Counted from the first letter of the stretch, positions 10,447 through 20,257 are shown. The stretch: DNA of 64,000 nt from an uncultured Lachnospiraceae bacterium (GCA_964582375.1 CAZORL010000006.1:611-64610); one strand, 5' to 3'. A program made the numbers and translations. Notes: generated by a model not told the origin, from the sequence alone.

Positions 10447-11214
10447 GTGAAGAGATCATATTTTTTGCCGATTTTACTGGTTTTTGCAATGATGTTCTCC
10501 TCATGCGAACCAACAGCTGACGCAACGATCACCACAAAAAAGGAAACAACGACAACTCTGACCATAACAACGATCCTGCCTGCAACCACGACATCCTCGA
10601 CAACAACGACCGAAGCGGCGGTCACAACGGCTCCTATTGTGATACCAAGTGACGGAGATTTTGTAAATGTCGCCGATTATATCGAGAACATAAGGGTCGA
10701 TCTGAAGTACGCGACCGAGAACAATTTCACAAAAAAGATAATATACCTCTTTGGCGACGCCTATCTTCGCTACGGGACGGTGAAAAAACTCGCCATTGCG
10801 GCAAATCTGCTCGAAAAAGAGGGGTACGGTCTGATCATTTGGGACGCCTACCGTCCGTCTGCCGCACAGTTTAGACTTTGGGAGATCTGCCCCGACCCTA
10901 CATATGTGGCAGATCCGAACAAAAAATTCTCCTCTCATTCGCGAGGCAATACCGTTGATATCTCGTTATATCGCCTCTCGGACGGAGAAGAGGTAGAAAT
11001 GCCGACAGGCTTTGATGATTTTACCAAAAAGGCGGACAGAGATTATTCGGATGTCGAAAAAGAGCTTGCCGACCGTGCGATAATGCTTGAGGATATCATG
11101 AGATCGTGCGGCTTTAAGCCATATTCAGGCGAATGGTGGCATTTTTCTGATAACGACAGCTATGATGTTGATACCGAGTTCCTTTCCGACGCAGTCACCT
11201 CGTCCGATAACTGA
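10447..11214 (+). CDS. D-alanyl-D-alanine dipeptidase (peptidase M15D, VanX/DdpX-like), probable lipoprotein
   Basis: GTG start. Signal peptide with Cys (LLVFAMMFSSCEP). Thr-rich linker. Zn-ligand motifs SSHSRGNTVDI and EWWHF. Confidence 0.8.
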   Translation: MKRSYFLPILLVFAMMFSSCEPTADATITTKKETTTTLTITTILPATTTSSTTTTEAAVTTAPIVIPSDGDFVNVADYIENIRVDLKYATENNFTKKIIYLFGDAYLRYGTVKKLAIAANLLEKEGYGLIIWDAYRPSAAQFRLWEICPDPTYVADPNKKFSSHSRGNTVDISLYRLSDGEEVEMPTGFDDFTKKADRDYSDVEKELADRAIMLEDIMRSCGFKPYSGEWWHFSDNDSYDVDTEFLSDAVTSSDN

Positions 11215-11254
11215 TCAAAAAACGCTTTCACATTACCGTGAAAGCGTTTTTGTT

Positions 11255-12943
11255 TTATGCTTCGAGAATGATCGGGAGTATCATCGGGCGACGCTTGGTG
11301 CGTCCGTAGATGAACTTTGACAGATCGTCCTTGACCTGTGATTTGATCATTGCCCACTCGTTGATGCCCTCGTCGATGCATTCGCTTATCGTGTCACCCG
11401 CGATCGTTCTGACCTCGTCCATCAGCTCCTCCGACTCACGGACATAGACAAATCCGCGCGAGACGATGTCGGGACCCGATACAAGACCCATCGTCTGAGA
11501 AATGGCACAAACGATTATTATGATGCCGTCCTCGGCAAGATGACGCCTGTCGCGAAGGACGATGTTTCCGACATCGCCGATGCCGTAGCCGTCAACAAGC
11601 GTGTTGCCTGCAGGGATCGTGCCGATCCATTTTGCCTCGTCCTGACCGACTTCAAGCACCTTTCCGATCTCGCCGACGAAAATGTTCGTCTCCGGCATAC
11701 CCATAGACTTCGCAAGTTCGCGATGTGCCGCAAGATGCTTGTATTCGCCGTGTATCGGCATAAAGAACGTTGGTCTCGTCAGCGCATGCATGAGCTTTAA
11801 CTCTTCGGCACATGCGTGACCCGAAACGTGTACCTCGACCGAATTGTCTCGGAAAACGGATACACCGCGTTTTGTCAGCTCGTTGATTATCTTGTCGATC
11901 AGCTTTTCGTTGCCGGGGATCGCCGATGCGGATATTACGACCATGTCGTTGTAGGACAGCTCGACCTTGTCGTGCTCGGCAAATGCCATTCTGTAGAGCG
12001 CGGACATAGGCTCACCTTGGCTGCCTGTCGTGATTATTGTCACCTGCTCGGGATTGTATCGCCTAACATCTGCAATGTCTATAAGCGTTCCTTCGGGAAC
12101 GTGCATATAATCAAGCTCGGTGGCAGCCTTGACGATGTTGATCATGCTTCGACCTGTCACCGCAACCTTGCGGTTGTATGCAACGCTCGTGTTGATGATC
12201 TGCTGAACGCGGTGAACATTTGACGAGAATGTTGCGATAACAAGCCTCTTGTCATGGTTGCGCAGGAATATCGAGTCGAGCGAATGCCCGACCTTTTTTT
12301 CGGACGGCGTGTACCCGGGACGCTCCGCATTCGTCGATTCGCATAGAAGGAGCATGACGCCCTCTTTTCCAAGCTCGGCAAAACGGTGCAGATCCATGAC
12401 CTCACCCTCAATGGGGGTCAGATCGAGCTTGAAGTCGCCCGTGTGAACGATCAGTCCTGCGGGAGTGCGGATCGCAAGCGCACATGCGTCGGGGATCGAG
12501 TGGTTGACCCTTATAAATTCGACCGACATGTCTCCGACAGTGCAGACGTCTCCCGGGGATACAATGTTAAACCTCGGCTCGATGTCGAGAGTGTGTTCGA
12601 GCAGCTTGTTTTGAAGAATGCCGATCGCAAGCTTCGTGCCGTAGATCGGAACATCGACTATCCTGAGCAAATAGGGTATCGAGCCGATGTGATCCTCGTG
12701 ACCGTGTGTGATGAAAAGTCCGCGGATCTTATCGGAATTTTCCTCAAGATATGTGAAGTCCGGGATGACAAGGTCGATGCCGAACATGTCCTCGTCGGGA
12801 AAACCAAGACCGCAGTCAACGATTATGATGTCGTTCTCGCTCTCGATCAGGCACAGATTTTTGCCGATCTCTCCAAGCCCTCCGAGAAACGCGACCTTTA
12901 CCTTTTCATCTGTTTTTATTTTCTTTTGTATAACTTTTGGCAT
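11255..12943 (-). CDS. rnj: Ribonuclease J (beta-lactamase/beta-CASP RNase)
   Basis: HGHEDHIG motif. LGGLGEIGKN N-terminus. Start trimmed to ATG at 12943 (MPKVIQKK...), because the 24 upstream codons of the track ORF have no homologous character. Confidence 0.9.
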   Translation of the reverse strand: MPKVIQKKIKTDEKVKVAFLGGLGEIGKNLCLIESENDIIIVDCGLGFPDEDMFGIDLVIPDFTYLEENSDKIRGLFITHGHEDHIGSIPYLLRIVDVPIYGTKLAIGILQNKLLEHTLDIEPRFNIVSPGDVCTVGDMSVEFIRVNHSIPDACALAIRTPAGLIVHTGDFKLDLTPIEGEVMDLHRFAELGKEGVMLLLCESTNAERPGYTPSEKKVGHSLDSIFLRNHDKRLVIATFSSNVHRVQQIINTSVAYNRKVAVTGRSMINIVKAATELDYMHVPEGTLIDIADVRRYNPEQVTIITTGSQGEPMSALYRMAFAEHDKVELSYNDMVVISASAIPGNEKLIDKIINELTKRGVSVFRDNSVEVHVSGHACAEELKLMHALTRPTFFMPIHGEYKHLAAHRELAKSMGMPETNIFVGEIGKVLEVGQDEAKWIGTIPAGNTLVDGYGIGDVGNIVLRDRRHLAEDGIIIIVCAISQTMGLVSGPDIVSRGFVYVRESEELMDEVRTIAGDTISECIDEGINEWAMIKSQVKDDLSKFIYGRTKRRPMILPIILEA

Positions 12944-13288
12944 ATTGTATACCTGCGACCCCTGCGCCTTGTTCGAGTGCTTTGTGTTTTGACGCAAAAG
13001 TCTTTGCCCGACCACTTGTCGGACATTATCCTTTCCTTACCGTAATTTTTGCTCTCTTTTCTCTTGTTTTCGGCCATTTTCCGATCTGCCGTAATTGACG
13101 CCGAGATCAACGACGATCAAAGCCTGCACCTGCAAGCTGTGGGACTATGTAGCATAACCGCTCTCCGTGCCCGTTCGATCCGCGCGGTGCGATCATGCCG
13201 ATCATTGATACCGTTCACCCGAATGTGGCTTTATTATATCATATTATGGTAAACTTTTTGTTGATACCCTGTTAACTAACAGTGAAAA

Positions 13289-13558
13289 CTACATAAGAAA
13301 AAGGAGATAAATTGCAATAGATATCGCAAATGATGCGAGTGCACCGATAATGAACCATCCAACCTTTGTCCCTGCTTTGGGTTCGCAGACTCTGAACGTG
13401 CGCGAGTTAAGCAGACGATTTGCTTCGCCCAGCAGATCGACCGACTCGTGCTCTGACTCGCCGACATCCTTCAATATAAGATATGCCTCTTCGAATATCG
13501 GGCTGTTCGTGTTTCGCAGTATCACCATTTTTCGCTGACAGTTCGTTCTGATGCTCAT
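13289..13558 (-). CDS. Small tail-anchored membrane protein (89 aa), translationally coupled to spoIIR
   Basis: The internal ATG at 13558 overlaps the spoIIR stop (ATGA overlap), and ggagg lies 9 nt upstream. Sequence MSIRTNCQRKMVILRNTNSPIFEEAYLILKD... C-terminal TM helix WFIIGALASFAISIAIYLLFL. Confidence 0.55.
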   Translation of the reverse strand: MSIRTNCQRKMVILRNTNSPIFEEAYLILKDVGESEHESVDLLGEANRLLNSRTFRVCEPKAGTKVGWFIIGALASFAISIAIYLLFLM

Positions 13559-14202
13559 CGGTTGCCTCCGCGTTTTCTGAACATCGAGCCAAGCCTCTCT
13601 TTGATGCTTGATGCAACCTCGACGATCTTGAATTTGATCACATAATGCACATCCTCGTCCTCGGTGAGCAGTCGAATCTCGCTTTTCGTAAATCCGACCT
13701 CGCAAAGCTCCTCGTCGGCTCGCGCGGACGATCTGCAGATGGGAGGGAAGAGAACGCACCAAAAATTCTTGCCCTCGCCCGAACCGATCGTTATCCTCAG
13801 CGACAGATAATCGCCCGCAGGCAGACGAAGGTCGTCATACTCGCGTGTCGGATAGAACTCACATGAGAGCGATGAGGAAACAGAATGTGAATACCCTGCC
13901 TCGGCTATAGCCTCTCTTGCGACGCTGTTAATCTCGCTCGCCCTCTCGTCAAGTATCCGCCGGGCAGAGTCTCTGTCGGTGCAGTCTGATACCAAAGTCT
14001 CGCACAGATCGAGCACTCTGTCCCGAACCTTCATCTTGAGTGCCTGATCGGCGTCCGAGTCCGAGTTCGCGATGACATGGATGCGTATCACCTTCGATGA
14101 CAGATCGCTCTGCGCACGAACTCCCCAAATGCCGCAGAGTGTACATATAAGAGTAACACCCACCGTAAATAAGATCAAAAATCGCCTGAAAAACTGCCTC
14201 AC
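13555..14202 (-). CDS. spoIIR: Stage II sporulation protein R
   Basis: Signature VIRIHVIANSDSDADQALKMKVRDRVL. N-terminal signal/TM segment. GTG start 9 nt after GGAGG. Confidence 0.9.
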   Translation of the reverse strand: MRQFFRRFLILFTVGVTLICTLCGIWGVRAQSDLSSKVIRIHVIANSDSDADQALKMKVRDRVLDLCETLVSDCTDRDSARRILDERASEINSVAREAIAEAGYSHSVSSSLSCEFYPTREYDDLRLPAGDYLSLRITIGSGEGKNFWCVLFPPICRSSARADEELCEVGFTKSEIRLLTEDEDVHYVIKFKIVEVASSIKERLGSMFRKRGGNR

Positions 14203-14238
14203 CGCCGCCGACCTCCGACATAAATAATCGCTTGCGCT

Positions 14239-14267
14239 TATTATTGCCGATGATTTTGGCGTTATTC
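14239..14267 (-). promoter_or_regulatory. Possible forespore (sigma-F/G-like) promoter of spoIIR
   Basis: Minus strand reads GAATA, 14 nt, GGCAATAATA. The -10 fits the published sigma-F pattern GGnrAnAnTw. The -35 and the spacing match only partly. Confidence 0.35.
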
Positions 14268-14281
14268 AATGATCGCGTATT

Positions 14282-14776
14282 TTATTCTCCCGATCTTTCG
14301 ATAAGTGCGTCGATCGAACGCTTGTCAAGGCGGTAGAGCGTCCAATCTGACATCGGACGCGCACCGAGCGACAGATAAAAATCAATGCTCGGCTTGTTCC
14401 AGTCAAGGCATACCCATTCGACCCTGCCGCAGTCTCTCTCCTTGGCGATCTTTACAACATGCATGAGCAGTGCCTTACCGATGCCTCTGCCGCGATATTC
14501 GGGATAGATGAAAATATCCTCGAGATAAAGTCCCGCTCTGCCGACAAATGTCGAAAAATTGTGGAAAAACAGTGCAAATCCGACCTCTTTCCCATCATAA
14601 ACGGCAAATATCACCTCAGCACGCCCTTTGTCAAAAAGTTCGCTTTCGAGTAGTGCCTCGTCGGCGATCACCTCGTCGGACATTTTTTCGTATTCGGCAA
14701 TAGCCTTTATAAATTTGAGTACAAGCGCACAGTCGCCTCGACCTGCCGCTCTGAATGTTAAGTTTTCCATGTTCAT
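14282..14776 (-). CDS. GNAT-family N-acetyltransferase
   Basis: Start trimmed to ATG 14776 (RBS aaaggag, MNMENLTFR...). Acetyl-CoA motif YRGRGIGKALL. Confidence 0.8.
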   Translation of the reverse strand: MNMENLTFRAAGRGDCALVLKFIKAIAEYEKMSDEVIADEALLESELFDKGRAEVIFAVYDGKEVGFALFFHNFSTFVGRAGLYLEDIFIYPEYRGRGIGKALLMHVVKIAKERDCGRVEWVCLDWNKPSIDFYLSLGARPMSDWTLYRLDKRSIDALIERSGE

Positions 14777-14856
14777 TTTCTCCTTTGTTTTCGTTATCCC
14801 AAATAAAAGATCGAGCGACTCTTTGGAAGTCGCCCGATCGTAATGACTGTCGAATT

Positions 14857-16554
14857 TTATTCTTCTTCGATCGTTATAATCTTCTTGAACTTCTTCGAGT
14901 TGGTTACCCACCAGATGGTTTCATCTTCGCTGGTTGCAAATACATAGCCGTTTAAGCTGTGTTCGAGTTGACCTTCGCTGAGAACCTTTGTGCCCTTCTT
15001 GCCATTCGAGGAAGCGTACAGATCGCTGTCTACGCTGTAGAAGACTGTGTCGTTGTTTGAAATGTAGAGCTTGTAGTACTTATAGCCATTGTATGGTGAC
15101 TCGTAGTCGTAGTCGATCTCGTCATTTGAAATCTTCTTGACATTCTTGCCCTTTTTACCGTTTGCACTGTAAAGCTCTTTGTCGTAAACATAGTACACGA
15201 AATCGCGGTCGGAAGTAACAACATATGTTGAAACCTTCTCGTCAACGATCGTTTTTGCCTTTTCGGTTGCCTTTTCACCGTCAGAGATCTTGATCACGCG
15301 AAGTTCTTTTTCGTCGTATGTATAATAGAGATAGGATGCGGTCGAATCAAGTTGCAAATCGTACGCCTTGGATGCAAGTTTGACACTCTTGTCGGAGTTC
15401 TTTCTGATAAACCATACATCATTGCCCGAGTAGTATACGTGGTCGTAGAAACTGTCAACCGGATAGGTATAGCCAAAGCCAAAGCAGTTTTCGATCGTGA
15501 GCAATTCGAGTATCTTGTTTTTGGCACATCCGTCAACCTCTTTGCCCTTTTCGGAGATGTATGTCTTTCCGTCGTAGTAGAAGAGTGCCTGAGTGTGGTC
15601 GGCATTGAAGCAGGGCCTGTAGGAGCCAATGCGACCGATCTTTGTTCTATCGCCCTTTTTGTTGTAAGAGTAGAGAGTCACCTCGTCCTCATCGTTGGTC
15701 TGAGTAGCATATATGTATTTGCCGTCGTTGCTCATACCACAAAGCTGAAGGTCAGAGCTTGCAACTTTGGTCGATTTCTTTCCGTCAAAGAAATACAAAG
15801 GTGCCTTTTCGTTATCATCGTCTGCGAGCATGTACGTCGCGGTCTTGCCGTCCGGGGAGATTGCATAGCCTGTAATGTTGCCGTCAGCGACAGATACGGG
15901 TTTTTTGCCGAGTATGTAGTGGAACAACTCGGACTTAACCTCATCATTGTCCTCGTTTACCGTGGTGTAAAGAAGACCCTTTCCGGTCACGGAAAGTTCA
16001 ACACTGTGAACATCGCTCGCAACCTTCTGAACCTTGTTGCCGTTTATGATATAAAGATCTTTCTCGTCATTTATGATGTAAAAAACCTTTCCGTCAATCG
16101 AGGCACCGGAATCTGCCGCGTTGCCCGGAATGGTGCTCTTAAGGAGCTTGTCTTCGGAACTGATATAGATCTTTCCGTCACTTTCGTAATACATAGGTGC
16201 TCTATCAAGCTCAATATACCCGTTGTTTGATCCGATGATCGACGAGATGACTGAGATCAGGATGATCACAAGTACGAGTGCCCCTGCGCCGAGCAGAACG
16301 AATTTGTTCTTTACGATCGGCAGAACCTTTTCCTTGATCGCGTTAAGGTTAAAGGACGATTTTTTTACGGGCGGATTGTTTTGTTGACCGCTTGCAAGCG
16401 GCATTCCGCAGTTTACGCAAAAGGCAACTTCGGGGGAGTTTTGCATTCCGCAATTTTGGCAGGTGTTGACCGTCTCGATCGGGAGCTGACATCCGCATGA
16501 TACGCAGAAATTAACGCCCGATGCGTTTTCGGTACCGCAATTTGGACATTTCAT
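14857..16554 (-). CDS. Double zinc-ribbon membrane protein with extracytoplasmic beta-propeller-like (DUF5050/TolB-like) repeats
   Basis: Start trimmed to MKCPNCG at 16554. Two CxxC...CxxC ribbons (CPNCG..CVSCG and CQNCG..CVNCG). One TM helix LLGAGALVLVIILISVISSII. Then repeated Y-Y/D-G-K blade-like segments. Confidence 0.6.
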   Translation of the reverse strand: MKCPNCGTENASGVNFCVSCGCQLPIETVNTCQNCGMQNSPEVAFCVNCGMPLASGQQNNPPVKKSSFNLNAIKEKVLPIVKNKFVLLGAGALVLVIILISVISSIIGSNNGYIELDRAPMYYESDGKIYISSEDKLLKSTIPGNAADSGASIDGKVFYIINDEKDLYIINGNKVQKVASDVHSVELSVTGKGLLYTTVNEDNDEVKSELFHYILGKKPVSVADGNITGYAISPDGKTATYMLADDDNEKAPLYFFDGKKSTKVASSDLQLCGMSNDGKYIYATQTNDEDEVTLYSYNKKGDRTKIGRIGSYRPCFNADHTQALFYYDGKTYISEKGKEVDGCAKNKILELLTIENCFGFGYTYPVDSFYDHVYYSGNDVWFIRKNSDKSVKLASKAYDLQLDSTASYLYYTYDEKELRVIKISDGEKATEKAKTIVDEKVSTYVVTSDRDFVYYVYDKELYSANGKKGKNVKKISNDEIDYDYESPYNGYKYYKLYISNNDTVFYSVDSDLYASSNGKKGTKVLSEGQLEHSLNGYVFATSEDETIWWVTNSKKFKKIITIEEE

Positions 16555-16817
16555 AGAATAATTCCTTTCTTGTGTTGTTTTTTGTTGTTCGTTTCTCATC
16601 GGACAGTCGCCTAATTTTGCGGCACGCCCGACATTCTCTTTAATTATATCACAGAATGACCTTTCTGTCAATACTTTGTAAATATTTTTACAAAAAAGTT
16701 AGTTTTCCGTGACTATCAGATAAAACTCGTTCGTTGGTAAAGTGAAGATGGTTTGCCGAGCTTTCTTGACAGGCAGAATACTTTTTTCGATTTTTTATCA
16801 ATTTTTTGGGCAAAAAC

Positions 16818-16846
16818 TTGACTTATCGATATAAATATGGTATAAT
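16818..16846 (+). promoter_or_regulatory. Sigma-A promoter of rbfA-nrnA-truB
   Basis: TTGACT (16818-16823), 17 nt ending in TGg, TATAAT (16841-16846). Confidence 0.7.
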
Positions 16847-16916
16847 AGCATAAATATGGTTGACATGTATCAACAAAGACTTTGATATCAACGAAAAGAT
16901 AGGGAATTAAGACATA

Positions 16917-17330
16917 ATGGCATCATACAGACAAAGCAGGATCGAGGACGAGATGGCAAAGTCACTGTCCGATATCGTGCGCACGGTCAAGGATTACCGT
17001 GTTACAGACAGCTTTATCAGCATAACAAGAGTCTCGGTCGCACCCGATCTCTCGGAAGCGAGAGTCTATTTTTCGGCAATGGGCGGCAAATATGACAAAA
17101 AAGATGTTCGCAAAGGGCTCATGAGCGCGGCAGGCTATATGCGTACCGCTCTTGCAAAATCGATGAATCTGCGCCAGACCCCCAAGCTCTCTTTCGTGTA
17201 TGACGATTCGATGGAGCAGGGCGCGTATATAAACACGCTTCTTAAAAAGGTCGAAAAAGAGCTTGAGGTCGCCGCCGAGCGTGACCGACTGCTCGAAGAA
17301 GAAAATAGGACAAGCGATGATGGAGAATAA
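16917..17330 (+). CDS. rbfA: Ribosome-binding factor A
   Basis: R.RIEDEMAKSLSDIVRT...ISITRVSVAPDLSEARVYFS pattern. Confidence 0.9.
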   Translation: MASYRQSRIEDEMAKSLSDIVRTVKDYRVTDSFISITRVSVAPDLSEARVYFSAMGGKYDKKDVRKGLMSAAGYMRTALAKSMNLRQTPKLSFVYDDSMEQGAYINTLLKKVEKELEVAAERDRLLEEENRTSDDGE

Positions 17331-18291
17331 TATCACATTGCAAGGGATCGCCGATATCCTTTCGGCAAGCGAGACGGTCATCCTGCTCTCGCACACATCC
17401 CCCGACGGCGACACCGTCGGTTCGGCAACGGCACTTGCCGACAGTCTTATGGCACTTGGCAAGCGTGTCCATCTCCTCTGCGACAGCAGGATCCCCGAGT
17501 GGATCGCCTTTATCTGCGGCAAGGAATATGAAGCAGAGACCGATGATCATGGACTGGTCGTCGCACTCGATGTTGCCTCAAAACAAATGCTTGGAAGGCT
17601 TGAACCCCTCTACGGCAATGCGACCGATATACGTATCGATCATCACGAGATCAGCGATGGGTTTGCAAAGTATAATTACTGTATCCCGACCGCCGCCGCA
17701 ACATGCGAGATAATCTATGAGCTTATTTCACTGCTCGGGACGATCACACCGCATGCCGCCGATGCACTCTATACCGGAATATCGACCGACAGCGGCGGAT
17801 TTCGCTATTCATGCACGACGCCGCACACCCTCCGAATAGCCGCAGATCTGATCGAGGCGGGTGCCAATGCGGAAGATATCAACGAGCGTTTGTATGAAAA
17901 TATTTCGCTCGATTCACTGCGTGCCGAACGCCTCTTTCTCGATAAAATGGAGATCTATCATAACGGCGAGCTTTTGGTCGTGCCCGTGACGATCGCCGAT
18001 CGTGTCGCGACAGGGCTGGATGAGGATCGATTTGAGGGATTTTCGTCTCTTGCGAGAAAAATAAGCGGCACACGCCTGGGCATATCACTGCGTGAGAAGG
18101 AGAACGGCGTTTATAAGGCATCGCTTCGTTCAAATAAAACGATCGACTCCGCCGCCCTCTGCGCAAAACTCGGCGGCGGCGGACATTCGCGTGCTGCGGG
18201 TGCTACCATACACGCCGAGAATATCGAGAGTGCAAAAAAGATACTGCTCGATGCGGTTTTGCCCGAATTTGAAAATGAGGGAAATGTATGA
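17317..18291 (+). CDS. nrnA: DHH/DHHA1 phosphoesterase (NrnA-type oligoribonuclease / pAp phosphatase)
   Basis: Start trimmed to ATG 17317, overlapping the rbfA end. SHTSPDGDTVGSA (DHH motif I-II), DHH at IDHHE, C-terminal GGGGHSRAAGA (DHHA1). Confidence 0.8.
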   Translation: MMENNITLQGIADILSASETVILLSHTSPDGDTVGSATALADSLMALGKRVHLLCDSRIPEWIAFICGKEYEAETDDHGLVVALDVASKQMLGRLEPLYGNATDIRIDHHEISDGFAKYNYCIPTAAATCEIIYELISLLGTITPHAADALYTGISTDSGGFRYSCTTPHTLRIAADLIEAGANAEDINERLYENISLDSLRAERLFLDKMEIYHNGELLVVPVTIADRVATGLDEDRFEGFSSLARKISGTRLGISLREKENGVYKASLRSNKTIDSAALCAKLGGGGHSRAAGATIHAENIESAKKILLDAVLPEFENEGNV

Positions 18292-19193
18292 CCGATCGCA
18301 ATATATCGGGCGTGCTTGCCGTCGATAAGGCGGCGGGTATGACCTCGCATGACGTTGTTGCCGCGGTAAGACGGCTCTACGGTACTCGAAAGGTCGGACA
18401 TACGGGAACGCTCGACCCGATGGCAACAGGCGTTCTCGTTCTGCTCATCGGTAAGGCGGCAAAGCTCTCGGATGTATTGCTCGCCGATAAAAAACGCTAC
18501 GAGGCAGGTCTGCTTCTCGGCAGATCGACCGATACACAGGATATAACCGGGCAGACGATCTCGACATCGGACGATATCCCGAGTGTCGATACGGTAAGAC
18601 GCACCGTCTCCGAATTTGTCGGCAAACAGCTGCAAATCCCCCCCATGTATTCGGCAAAAAAAATCGGCGGCGTCAAGCTCTGCGATCTTGCCAGAGAGGG
18701 CGTCGAGATCGAGCGCAGACCCTGCGAGATCGAGATTTTTTCGGTCGATCTCACACCGACCGATGACCCCTCAAATTACTCTCTTTCGGTTGCCTGCTCA
18801 AAGGGAACATATATCCGCACCCTTTGTCATGATATCGGCGAAAGACTCGGATGCGGCGGCTGTATGTCCTCACTTCGCCGCACACAAAACGGTCGATTTT
18901 CGGTCGATCGTGCGGTCACACTCGAAAAACTTCGCGAGATGGATGAGTCGGAGCGTGACGCACTGCTGATGCCTGTCGAGTCGGCACTTGCCGATCGTCC
19001 GTCGGTGGATCTTTCGCCGTTTTTCGCAAAGCTTGCAAGATGCGGCTGCGAGATCTATCAAAAGAAGATCGGCACTGCTCATCCGATCGGGACACTCGTT
19101 TCGATGTTTGATAAGGGCGAACTGTTTGCACTCGGCGAGGTTCGAGATTTTGCGGACGGCAGTGCGATCAAACCGATAAAGAGCTTTGTTTGA
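18288..19193 (+). CDS. truB: tRNA pseudouridine(55) synthase
   Basis: GHTGTLDPMATGVL catalytic-Asp motif. 4-nt overlap with nrnA. Confidence 0.9.
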   Translation: MTDRNISGVLAVDKAAGMTSHDVVAAVRRLYGTRKVGHTGTLDPMATGVLVLLIGKAAKLSDVLLADKKRYEAGLLLGRSTDTQDITGQTISTSDDIPSVDTVRRTVSEFVGKQLQIPPMYSAKKIGGVKLCDLAREGVEIERRPCEIEIFSVDLTPTDDPSNYSLSVACSKGTYIRTLCHDIGERLGCGGCMSSLRRTQNGRFSVDRAVTLEKLREMDESERDALLMPVESALADRPSVDLSPFFAKLARCGCEIYQKKIGTAHPIGTLVSMFDKGELFALGEVRDFADGSAIKPIKSFV

Positions 19194-19341
19194 CTCGTAT
19201 ATCACATACTATTCGCCCGAATAATAAATAATTCGTCTTTCCCGGTTCGTCGGGTATTGCCGTAAATTAATTTGGCAGGGGAAGCTGCCCGAGGTGATGG
19301 CACGAATTGTTTAATAAAATTAGATCAAGGACTCTGATATC

Positions 19342-20070
19342 ATGAAAAAAATCGCAAAAACATCCGAACTTATGTGGGTTTTGGGTGTGATATTCGTTTC
19401 GCTCGGGGTGGCGGTCTGCAGTAAGTCGAATCTCGGCGTGTCGATGATCGCCGCGCCGCAGTTTGTTATTTATGACGCGCTTGTGCCGCTTTGGGGCGGA
19501 TTTTCGGTCGGCATGGTCGGATATCTATTCCAAGGGGCTTTGCTCATTCTGATGTGTGTCGTTCTGCGTCGATTTGACCCTCGGTATCTCCTTTCGTTCG
19601 GAGTTGCCGTCGTCTATGGATATATGCTCAATCTGTTTCTTTTCCTGCTCGCAGGATTTTCGGCAGAGGGCATAGCGGCGAGATGGATCACTCTGATCGT
19701 CGGCGATATCTTCACCGCACTCGGTGTTGCGTTCTTCTTTCGGACTTATTTGCCTCTCCAGGTCTTCGAGCTTTTTGTCGCCGAAATAGCGGCAAAATTC
19801 AAGCTTAACGTCAATAAGACCAAAATGGTGTTCGATCTGACCCTGCTCGCCTTCTCGATAGCCCTCGCCCTCGCACTTTTCGCAGGCGACGGCGGACTCG
19901 ATATCAAGGCTCTCGCAACATCCGATTTCCACAGCATCGGACTCGGCACGCTCGTGACTACACTAATAAATTCCCCCCTGATCGCCCTGGCGGGTCGCCT
20001 GATCGATAGGGTGTTCGACCCCACCCCATGCTTTCCAAAACTGAAAACATGGATAGGTCGGGATAGATAA
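19342..20070 (+). CDS. Polytopic membrane protein (YczE/DUF6198-like)
   Basis: About 6 predicted TM helices. N-terminus MKKIAKTSELMWVLGVIFVSLGVAVCSKSNLGVSMIAAP resembles the YczE/YitT-type family. Function unknown. Confidence 0.45.
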   Translation: MKKIAKTSELMWVLGVIFVSLGVAVCSKSNLGVSMIAAPQFVIYDALVPLWGGFSVGMVGYLFQGALLILMCVVLRRFDPRYLLSFGVAVVYGYMLNLFLFLLAGFSAEGIAARWITLIVGDIFTALGVAFFFRTYLPLQVFELFVAEIAAKFKLNVNKTKMVFDLTLLAFSIALALALFAGDGGLDIKALATSDFHSIGLGTLVTTLINSPLIALAGRLIDRVFDPTPCFPKLKTWIGRDR

Positions 20071-20074
20071 GATA

Positions 20075-20117
20075 AAAAGACTTGCACCTGTGTAAAAAGT
20101 GCAAGTCTTTTGCTTTT
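20075..20117 (+). terminator. Rho-independent terminator
   Basis: 11-bp stem aagacttgcac / gtgcaagtctt followed by ttgctttt. Confidence 0.75.
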
Positions 20118-20200
20118 GGTGGCTGAGTGTGATTTTTTGTCCGGAATCTTTCAAAATTTGAACGCATCCCCTCGAAATAAAATTCTTTTTACAAAAACTA

Positions 20201-20229
20201 TTGACAAACATATGTTCTTGTGGTAAAAT
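20201..20229 (+). promoter_or_regulatory. Sigma-A promoter of the helicase gene
   Basis: TTGACA (20201-20206), 17 nt, TAAAAT (20224-20229). This lies inside the track ORF, which supports the downstream ATG 20258 as the true start. Confidence 0.65.
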
Positions 20230-20257
20230 AGAAAAAACTAAAGGTGAGGGGAACTTC

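Noticed and set aside
16917-19193. rbfA-nrnA-truB without upstream nusA-infB as evidence of rearrangement.
   Set aside because: A strong dedicated promoter sits directly upstream at 16818-16846. Gene order in this region varies among Firmicutes, so this does not show anything unusual.
19194-19341. 148-nt region upstream of the YczE-like membrane protein as a possible riboswitch.
   Set aside because: Only weak 5-bp stems are present, and I recognise no conserved riboswitch core. The evidence is insufficient.
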